64,000 bases of DNA from a virus (taxonomy: Duplodnaviria > Caudoviricetes): the IMG/VR virus record IMGVR_UViG_2889049205_000001, positions 96,001 through 160,000 of that record, one strand, 5' to 3'. Made by a program: the position numbers and the translations under genes. This document shows, piece after piece, positions 57,137-64,000 of this stretch; the stretch's first letter is position 1, and every line of letters begins with the position of its first letter. The notes beneath the pieces were generated by a model that was not told the DNA's origin, made no database searches, and saw only the letters and a program-made list of their open reading frames with translations.

Positions 57137-57242
57137 CGATCTATATTGAAAGGCATTACACAAATTTAAGTGTAGTGCCTTTTCTTTATGTATATATGTG
57201 GTATAATAGCTTAGAAATTAATCGGAGGTGTACTTTTCCACC

Positions 57243-57998
57243 ATGGAACTGATTACAGCTTATTTATATAATCAGTCGCCCATCGATGTATTTAACATCA
57301 TGGAATCGACATTCAAAAATATGACCTCATCGAGGTGGTTCGAGGAAGAACGTCAACCGAAGAATTTCAAGATCATGAACAAACGATTCAAGGTTGCCGA
57401 TGTCGTTTACCGGGTTGTTCTGCGATTCCGCTTGGATACGCCAGGAGTTTACACACTCGATACGCCTATCCCATTTGCAGTTATGCTCTCGGAGCGGTAT
57501 GAGGTCGAAAAAGCGCACGGGACGGAATCCCGTTACAAAGACGTCAAAGTATGGCACAGCAAGGAAATGAAGAGCACGATCGGCTACTTCCAGGCGGGAG
57601 TTCCCGTAGTGCTGATTAATGAAGTCATTGATGATCTTAAAACGGTGATTCAACATGTTGATGCGCCAGAGGTCGATATCGATCTTTACTCGGCGCAGCG
57701 ACGACCAATCCGCATGTTTTTGGGTGGCCAAGAGATTGGGGAGGTCCAATCGGTTTCAATCACGCCTGAGCGAGATATTAACGGGCGGCCGGTCCGCCGT
57801 GTGAATGTGCTTGGCGGTGGGGATATTTCAGCTGCTCTTGAAGCGGACGCTATCGCTCTCATTCGTCGTGAAATAGGGGTCGGCGTCGCAGAGGCAGAAC
57901 GCCTTTTTCATCGGCTTATCGGCAGCGCAGACATCGGAGAAGAAGCTATTTTAAGATCGATTCGAAATTACATGGACGATACGGAGGATGAGTCGTAA
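57243..57998 (+). CDS. MELxxxY-family protein 14 (large)
   Basis: Starts MELITAYL; GGAGGTG RBS. Confidence 0.65.
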   Translation: MELITAYLYNQSPIDVFNIMESTFKNMTSSRWFEEERQPKNFKIMNKRFKVADVVYRVVLRFRLDTPGVYTLDTPIPFAVMLSERYEVEKAHGTESRYKDVKVWHSKEMKSTIGYFQAGVPVVLINEVIDDLKTVIQHVDAPEVDIDLYSAQRRPIRMFLGGQEIGEVQSVSITPERDINGRPVRRVNVLGGGDISAALEADAIALIRREIGVGVAEAERLFHRLIGSADIGEEAILRSIRNYMDDTEDES

Positions 57999-59251
57999 TG
58001 CGATACATGAATGATCCATTATCCAAGATTACTTCAAGGTGTATCGGTACACACCTGGGTTTCCCGGAAAATCAGCCGATCACAGCGCTCGACATCAAAT
58101 GTCATGACGGTGAGCCGCTTCTTGAAATGACCAAGAAAGCAGCTCAGCCTCACCGCTATGGGATCGAGGAGAATACATACCAGGCACGCTTGGCGCAGAG
58201 CAACGGCTTCGACAAGGTATGCCGGTCGGACTACAAGAGCCAATCGAAGATCACGAATGAAGTGTTCTCCATGGTATTGGCCAACCCGATCGTTGACGAT
58301 CGCTTCACAGATGAGCTTTTCCGTGATTTTGATCCGTTTAAGGTTCCGAACTTTGAGGCTGAAGAGCGGGCTCGCATCGAGGCTATGGCACAGCAGATGG
58401 AAATGATCGACTTCGGTGATGAAGGCCAAACCGAAGAAGAGATCCAAAAACGGAAAGAAGAAGCTGACAGGCAGCTCAAGAAAGCAATAGAAGATCGAGA
58501 GATCGCCTTCCGTCGTGCTCTATTTGAACAAGAAAAACGCACGGAGCAGTATCGGTGGGACCGGTTCGTCTTGAACTTCGTCAGTAAGTATTTGATGCCC
58601 GGCGGGATCCTTGTGTTCGTGACGCCGAAGGAATTTATCGATGGCCAAATTTGCTTTAAGTTGGCGAGCAGCTACGAGGACGTGAAAATTTTCCGTCTGG
58701 AAGATGAAGAGTATGCCGAACAGCGGAAATGTATTATCTTCGCCAAGAAGCGGCGGCAAGCGAATCGTGATCAGGATGCGGCACGGGTGCTTATGCAGTA
58801 CCGGCTGACACCGTATAAAGAAATCCCAGAGATCAGTTTTCAACAAACACCAATGTACCAGGTGCCGATGAGTAAACCGGAGTGGATCGAAAACTTCAGG
58901 GTAGGCCCTATCACTGGTGACGAGGTCCTGGGCGCCCTGGGCAAGTCTCCGCTTATCTCGAAGTATGTAGAGACATACGGATCGGTGCTGAACAATGAGG
59001 CGCCACAGCCGCCTACGCAGTTGCATAAGGGGCATGTTTCCTTGCTGCTTGCGAGTGGACTTTTGAACGGTCATATCGGAACCGGGCCCGACCAGCATCT
59101 GGTTAAGGGCAGTGTCATCAAAATGTCGAAGGAAACGACCGAGGAAGAAGAAAGCGAAGATGGCACCGATGTGCGCATCAAAGAGCGAGAGTTCTTCAAT
59201 ATCGGCATCAAGTACCTCGATCGTCACGGAGAATTTCATCGATTACTTTAG
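57998..59251 (+). CDS. DUF6094-like methyltransferase-fold protein, degenerate motifs
   Basis: LDIKCHDGE, YGIE, LANP, YLMPGGILVFVTP, LHKGHVSLLLASGLLNG. Confidence 0.65.
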   Translation: MRYMNDPLSKITSRCIGTHLGFPENQPITALDIKCHDGEPLLEMTKKAAQPHRYGIEENTYQARLAQSNGFDKVCRSDYKSQSKITNEVFSMVLANPIVDDRFTDELFRDFDPFKVPNFEAEERARIEAMAQQMEMIDFGDEGQTEEEIQKRKEEADRQLKKAIEDREIAFRRALFEQEKRTEQYRWDRFVLNFVSKYLMPGGILVFVTPKEFIDGQICFKLASSYEDVKIFRLEDEEYAEQRKCIIFAKKRRQANRDQDAARVLMQYRLTPYKEIPEISFQQTPMYQVPMSKPEWIENFRVGPITGDEVLGALGKSPLISKYVETYGSVLNNEAPQPPTQLHKGHVSLLLASGLLNGHIGTGPDQHLVKGSVIKMSKETTEEEESEDGTDVRIKEREFFNIGIKYLDRHGEFHRLL

Positions 59252-59262
59252 GAGGATGAACA

Positions 59263-62200
59263 ATGGGTACTTTGCGATCCACTGAATTATACAAGCTCGA
59301 AATCTTTGGCCGTGGTTTCCACGAGCAGGCATTTTGCGATCTGCTGGTACTGGACATGCGCCGCAATGTACGGAACGTTTATCTCGCCAATGTTATGAGC
59401 ACGGATATTCGTGTCAAGTCACTGGCTGCCAATATGCAAGAGGTGCGTACCGGTCGTATCGTGCGGGCTGAAGGCAATGAAAAGGAGTCTCTGCACAAAA
59501 ACGAAATCACGAATATATACATCCATGAGAAGAACTTCTTCCATGTACATGACAGCAAGGTGGACGACTTGCTGCAGATGATGTTTGTCGCCAAGAACGC
59601 TCGTCCGAACGTAAAGGATCGCCAGGATTGGCAGGCTGAAGAAGAGCAGCGGCTCCAAAATGGAGAGTCTCCACGTCGTGCGCCCGAGGAACTCATCCTG
59701 GCCTGGGATGGTGATTTCAAGAAGACGATCTATCAGGTGCTCAATGACCGGTACAATACGCCAATGCTTGAAGATTGGCAGGAATATATCGTCGATACGT
59801 TGATCGCCGATCATTTTTATTCGCCGCTTGAAGTTCGCTGCTACGGACGTGAGCATGCGCTGGAGGCCGGCTTGCTGTCCATTACAGAGCGACAGCTCGA
59901 AGAGATCATTACACAAGGCATTCTGGCGCAGGAGATCTACTTCGATCCATCCGGATCCAACCTGATGAGCGATGGCCGCAGCGAAGACGAAGGCATCTTG
60001 AAGGATTGCAACGGTCTTGATGATTACCTGACTCATTTTGCCGGCGCCCTTGGTTCTCGTATCCAAGAGAACACGGCACTGCGCTTTGATCCAATGCGGG
60101 ACCGCCACAGTGAGGCTTTCTATGATGTCAACCTGCATGCGAATCAGCGGGGCATCACTGGGCTCTTTCCGCCGCAGGCCGATACGGTGATGGGTGCAGC
60201 GAAGACGCTGATTGACGACCGCTATGTGTTCCTCGTTTGTGAAATGGGTACTGGTAAAACGGTTATGGGCGAAGTGCTGCCATACATCACGGAAGCGATT
60301 GATCAAGCGAAACGAAATCCGGATCCATTCCGGACCATCGTTTTCGTGCCGACCATCATGGTATCGAAGTGGATGCGGGAAATTCAAGACCGCATCCCTG
60401 GCGCCAAAGTAATCGAGATCAAAAGCTATCGTGACATCATTCCGCTCCAGCATGCACCGTATAAGCCCGAGACAATCGAGTATTATGTTATGAGCTCCGA
60501 TGTTGCCAAAGCGGATTATCCGATCGTTCCGGTGGAAAACTGGCGTGAGCGCAAAGGCGATGCAAAGCAGTCTCGTGAAGAGGGCAAAAAGGCCAGACTG
60601 GCGCTGCACAAAAGTGAATTCTACGCCGATGGCCATTTGCGTGAGTACGTGATGAGCGGCGATACCGGCTTCTATTGCCCGGATTGCGGCCAGCCTCTAA
60701 AAGTAGGCAAGGGACGCAACGAGAAGATGTCGGACGTAAACTTTTACAAGACCCGCAATTCCAGCGGCAAGATGGTTTATGACCGCAAAGTGGCGAATGC
60801 CTATTGCACGAATCTCGTTGCGACAAAATACATGCCTTCTCACCGGATCAAGACGCCGGGAAAACAAATGCATGCCTGCGGATATAACCTGTGGCAGCCG
60901 ATGCCACTCAAGGATAAATCCCTGAATCGAAAAGTGTCCCCTGCTTGGTTCATCAACAACCGACTCCGCCGTGGCTTCTTCAAGTACCTGATCGCTGATG
61001 AGGTACATGAGTACAAATCCGGCGACACTGACCGTGCGAATGCGTTTGGCCAGCTCGTCAATCACACGACGAAGCAGATTCTGCTGACGGGTACGCTGCT
61101 TGGCGGACAAGCCTCTGACCTGTTCTACCTGATTGCCCGTTTGGATTCCCGCCGGCTGAAGCGTGAAGGGATCACGTACAACGACATTAACGGGTTCATC
61201 GAGCGTTATGGCGTGTTCGAGCACAAATTCCGCATGGTGGATGACTGGGAAGGCGCATCGCTGGCAAATACAGCATCACAAACCCGCAAGAAGAGTGGCC
61301 GCTCCGAAAAGCCCGGCGTTTCGCCGCAGGTATTCTCTCGATTCCTGATCTCGAACTGTGCATTCCTCGAGCTGTCGGACTTGGCGCAGGCGCTGCCGAG
61401 GTATCGAGAAGAGCCGATCTTTGTTGAGATGCATCCGGACCATTTGGCTGCTTACCGGGATCTCGAGGAACAAGTCGGATCCCAGATGCGAAGCAATGTG
61501 GCGCAAGGCGGCATGAAGCATGTATCGACTTACGTGAACCGGATCTATCAGTATGCAGATATGCCGTTTAACCAAAGTCCGATCACCTATTACGATGACC
61601 AGGGCCGGCAGCGGACTTTGGCCACGCCGATCAATTTCAGCTCTGATGACTTGATCCCGACGAAGTACAATGCGCTCACGAACATGATTGATGCGCAGAT
61701 CCGCCGGGAACGCAAAACCATGGTGTACTGCCGCTTCACCGGCGTCAATCCGGTCGATCTCTACCTGTACAACAAGCTCAAGGCAGAAGGCTACAATGTC
61801 GGCATCCTGCGCTCTAGTGGCAAGGACTACGATGGCCTGACGATGCCTAAGCAGGAGGACCGTGAGAAATGGCTGCGCCAAATGATGGACAAGAACGGCT
61901 GGGACGTTCTGATCACCAACCCTCGTCTTGTTTCGGTCGGGCTCGACTTGCTCGATTTCCCGACGATCGTGTACTACCAGATGGACTACTCGACTTACAA
62001 CTACATGCAGTCTTGCCGCCGTTCGTGGCGTATTAAGCAAACGAAGGATGTCGAGGTTTACACGCTGGTGTATCAGGAAACGATGCAAGCCGACGTGCTG
62101 AACCATATCGCCAAGAAGATCGATGCCGCATTGGCGCTGCAGGGTAAGTTCTCCGAGGAAGGCCTCCGTGCAATGGCCGAGACCGGTGACGGCATCAATG

Positions 62201-62565
62201 CGCTGGCCAAGCGCCTGATGCGTGAAGGAACGCTGGACGGAGTGGACTCTATTGAAGATCGCTGGAAGCGAATCAATGAGGCTCGTGATCAAAGCATGCA
62301 GAGCGTGATGAATTTCGGTTACGAGTCTTATGATGAGACCGTCATGAATCCGCTCGGTCTTGAAGAAGTGCGCCGCATTGCACAAGGCATGATCGCATCC
62401 AAGCAAGCCGACTTCGCTGCCGGCAAGATCTCCGCAGAAGCTCTGGACGATTACCTCAAGCACATGGAAGACATGATGCTCTCGATCCAAGATGCCTCGA
62501 AGTACAACAAGGGGTTGCGCAAGAAGGATCGTGTTATCGAGGGTCAAATCGCCTTTTCGTTCTAA
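59263..62565 (+). CDS. Large SNF2-like helicase with Zn insert
   Basis: CEMGTGKT, DEVHEYK, LTGT, GLDL, QSCRRSWRI. Confidence 0.85.
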   Translation: MGTLRSTELYKLEIFGRGFHEQAFCDLLVLDMRRNVRNVYLANVMSTDIRVKSLAANMQEVRTGRIVRAEGNEKESLHKNEITNIYIHEKNFFHVHDSKVDDLLQMMFVAKNARPNVKDRQDWQAEEEQRLQNGESPRRAPEELILAWDGDFKKTIYQVLNDRYNTPMLEDWQEYIVDTLIADHFYSPLEVRCYGREHALEAGLLSITERQLEEIITQGILAQEIYFDPSGSNLMSDGRSEDEGILKDCNGLDDYLTHFAGALGSRIQENTALRFDPMRDRHSEAFYDVNLHANQRGITGLFPPQADTVMGAAKTLIDDRYVFLVCEMGTGKTVMGEVLPYITEAIDQAKRNPDPFRTIVFVPTIMVSKWMREIQDRIPGAKVIEIKSYRDIIPLQHAPYKPETIEYYVMSSDVAKADYPIVPVENWRERKGDAKQSREEGKKARLALHKSEFYADGHLREYVMSGDTGFYCPDCGQPLKVGKGRNEKMSDVNFYKTRNSSGKMVYDRKVANAYCTNLVATKYMPSHRIKTPGKQMHACGYNLWQPMPLKDKSLNRKVSPAWFINNRLRRGFFKYLIADEVHEYKSGDTDRANAFGQLVNHTTKQILLTGTLLGGQASDLFYLIARLDSRRLKREGITYNDINGFIERYGVFEHKFRMVDDWEGASLANTASQTRKKSGRSEKPGVSPQVFSRFLISNCAFLELSDLAQALPRYREEPIFVEMHPDHLAAYRDLEEQVGSQMRSNVAQGGMKHVSTYVNRIYQYADMPFNQSPITYYDDQGRQRTLATPINFSSDDLIPTKYNALTNMIDAQIRRERKTMVYCRFTGVNPVDLYLYNKLKAEGYNVGILRSSGKDYDGLTMPKQEDREKWLRQMMDKNGWDVLITNPRLVSVGLDLLDFPTIVYYQMDYSTYNYMQSCRRSWRIKQTKDVEVYTLVYQETMQADVLNHIAKKIDAALALQGKFSEEGLRAMAETGDGINALAKRLMREGTLDGVDSIEDRWKRINEARDQSMQSVMNFGYESYDETVMNPLGLEEVRRIAQGMIASKQADFAAGKISAEALDDYLKHMEDMMLSIQDASKYNKGLRKKDRVIEGQIAFSF

Positions 62566-62735
62566 TGGAGCTGGTCCAGACTTACTTCAACAAAGTTCCT
62601 ATTCTGTTTACTGGCCGGATTCGGGTGTATGCTGTCATATGCCCGAAGTGCCGGCGGTGCGAATATGAAATTGAGCCCGGCCCGGTTGAAAAGTGTTATC
62701 TCTGCTATCTGGATGACTTGAAAGACGGTGCATGA
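62565..62735 (+). CDS. MELxxxY-family protein 15, 56-aa Zn ribbon (absent from the ORF track)
   Basis: TAATG coupling; MELVQTYF...CPKC...CYLC. Confidence 0.6.
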   Translation: MELVQTYFNKVPILFTGRIRVYAVICPKCRRCEYEIEPGPVEKCYLCYLDDLKDGA

Positions 62736-62750
62736 GAGGGGGTGATTGAA

Positions 62751-62924
62751 GTGTCGGATGAACAACAACAACAACCCAAAAAGCGACATCGGGGGCCATC
62801 CCCTGTCATTGTGCCGAAAAAAATAGCAGACTGGGCAAAAGAAGAGTCAAACGTCGGCAAGGTGAATACCTGGAAAGTCGGCGGTGGTCGGCCGGCATAC
62901 AACGGGACCAGGAACTTGACCTAA
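62751..62924 (+). CDS. Small hypothetical protein
   Basis: GGGGTG RBS. Confidence 0.5.
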   Translation: MSDEQQQQPKKRHRGPSPVIVPKKIADWAKEESNVGKVNTWKVGGGRPAYNGTRNLT

Positions 62925-62956
62925 CATTAATCGATCGGTGACTACCAAAACCATTA

Positions 62957-62982
62957 CCGCCTATCGGCGGAATTCTATATGA
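62957..62982 (+). promoter_or_regulatory. Hairpin promoter motif, copy 14
   Basis: CCGCC-TATC-GGCGG AATTC TATAT GA. Confidence 0.6.
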
Positions 62983-63005
62983 AAAATTAACGGAGGTTTT
63001 GTCCG

Positions 63006-64000
63006 ATGACAACCGAAACCCTTACAGAAGAACAACAACGGGCGGCTCAGCTAGAAGCGGCAGCAGCGGCGACTGCCTTTACTTCGACTCAGAAACTGAC
63101 TGCCACAATCAAGACAAGCGCCCTCAAGGAAGCTGTCGGCCGTGTCGGCGGATCGATCTCCACGAAGGCTTCCATTCCGTCGCTCACTATGCTCTATTTT
63201 TATATCAATCAGGATCGCCTCGAGCTGCGTGGCTCTAATGGCAGCATCACGACGCAAACCTTCCTGCCGCTTGAGAAAGGCGTAGCCGCTCTCGAAGGAG
63301 AGGCAGGCGGCATGTTGTTCCCTGGAAAGAAATTCATGGATCTGCTAGCGAAGCTGACCGGGGTGAATACGGTTCTTACGTTCGACGGCCTGGGCGTGAA
63401 GATCAAATCCAAAGGGGCCGAGGTCAATATGACTGGCCTTCATCTCGATCTGTATCCACAGCTCCATCCTGTCAGAGGCACACGCTCGTTCGAGATCCCA
63501 ACCGACGTGCTGCTGATGATGTACAAACGCACGGATTATGCGGTTTCCAAAAAGGAAACAGACAAAGTGCTGACCAGTGTCATGCACGAGCTCAAGGGCA
63601 AATCCTTCCGCACGGTTGCTTGCGACCGTCACCGTTTGGCAGCGCAGCATTACGATCTGGATGTAGCGGCAGAAGATGCACGACTCGCCGTTCCGGCTGA
63701 GACGGTCTCCGAGGTAAAGAAGAGCCTCAAAGGCAATCCAACGACGCTGATCGAGTTCAACGACAGCTCGATCATGTATACCCTCGGTAACACGAAGATC
63801 TATTCGAGCGTCTATGCGGAAGTGTATCCGCAAGTTGACTCGCTGATTCCGCCGACGACGCAAATCAATATGACGATCGGGTCCAAGGAGCTCAAAGAGA
63901 TCTTCGATCGCTGCTCGCTGTTTCAAGATGAACAGGGCTGCTTGGCGCATATGATCATCAATCCGGTGCAGCGCCGTATGCGTGTGCTGACCGCCACGAC
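63006..64000 (+). CDS. dnaN: DNA polymerase III beta clamp (runs off the window end)
   Basis: KASIPSL, LRGSNG, YAVSKKET..VLTSV, VACDRHRLA, VYPQVDSLIP; missed by the ORF track because it has no stop in the window. Confidence 0.85.
   Translation, partial: MTTETLTEEQQRAAQLEAAAAATAFTSTQKLTATIKTSALKEAVGRVGGSISTKASIPSLTMLYFYINQDRLELRGSNGSITTQTFLPLEKGVAALEGEAGGMLFPGKKFMDLLAKLTGVNTVLTFDGLGVKIKSKGAEVNMTGLHLDLYPQLHPVRGTRSFEIPTDVLLMMYKRTDYAVSKKETDKVLTSVMHELKGKSFRTVACDRHRLAAQHYDLDVAAEDARLAVPAETVSEVKKSLKGNPTTLIEFNDSSIMYTLGNTKIYSSVYAEVYPQVDSLIPPTTQINMTIGSKELKEIFDRCSLFQDEQGCLAHMIINPVQRRMRVLTAT

Larger units (their letters stand above)
1..64000. mobile_element. Part of a large phage/prophage or phage-plasmid (SPbeta-like, YonO-encoding), early/middle and replication region
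   Basis: YonO-like RNAP; own primase, clamp, SSB and RecA; dense small hypothetical ORFs; no host housekeeping operons. Ends, integrase and virion genes are not in the window. Confidence 0.8.

Noticed and set aside
7249-62982. Hairpin motifs as intrinsic terminators
   Set aside because: Stems are only 2-5 bp, there is no U-tract, the loop and downstream ATTC box are fixed, and they sit before RBSs.

Overview
A 64 kb segment of a large Bacillota mobile element: an SPbeta-like phage, prophage or phage-plasmid, probably from a Paenibacillus-type host (inferred from strong GGAGG RBSs, sigmaA-type promoters and gene content). No virion, integrase, rRNA, canonical tRNA or CRISPR genes were recognised. 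After a strand switch at about 1.6-1.8 kb come a YonO-like single-subunit two-barrel RNA polymerase (3362-7045), a long run of small accessory genes (about 8-25 kb), and replication/recombination/nucleotide genes (two SNF2 helicases, SSB, RecA, UvrD/PcrA, DnaG, DnaN, ThyX, RNase H). Main observations: (1) 14 co-oriented copies of a motif, stem-CTRTCG-stem..ATTC-N5-GA, with covarying stems and a cGAYAg template-strand loop, mostly just upstream of RBSs; these are candidate N4-style DNA-hairpin promoters for the YonO-like polymerase. (2) About 15 otherwise divergent small proteins share an N-terminal MELxxxY peptide, a candidate targeting tag. (3) A kinase-less agr-like quorum-sensing cassette with an unannotated AgrD. 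(4) A 14-bp palindromic operator at about 10 sites. (5) Hammerhead and pistol ribozymes plus several other structured RNA candidates. All calls come from reading the sequence by eye; no searches were run.
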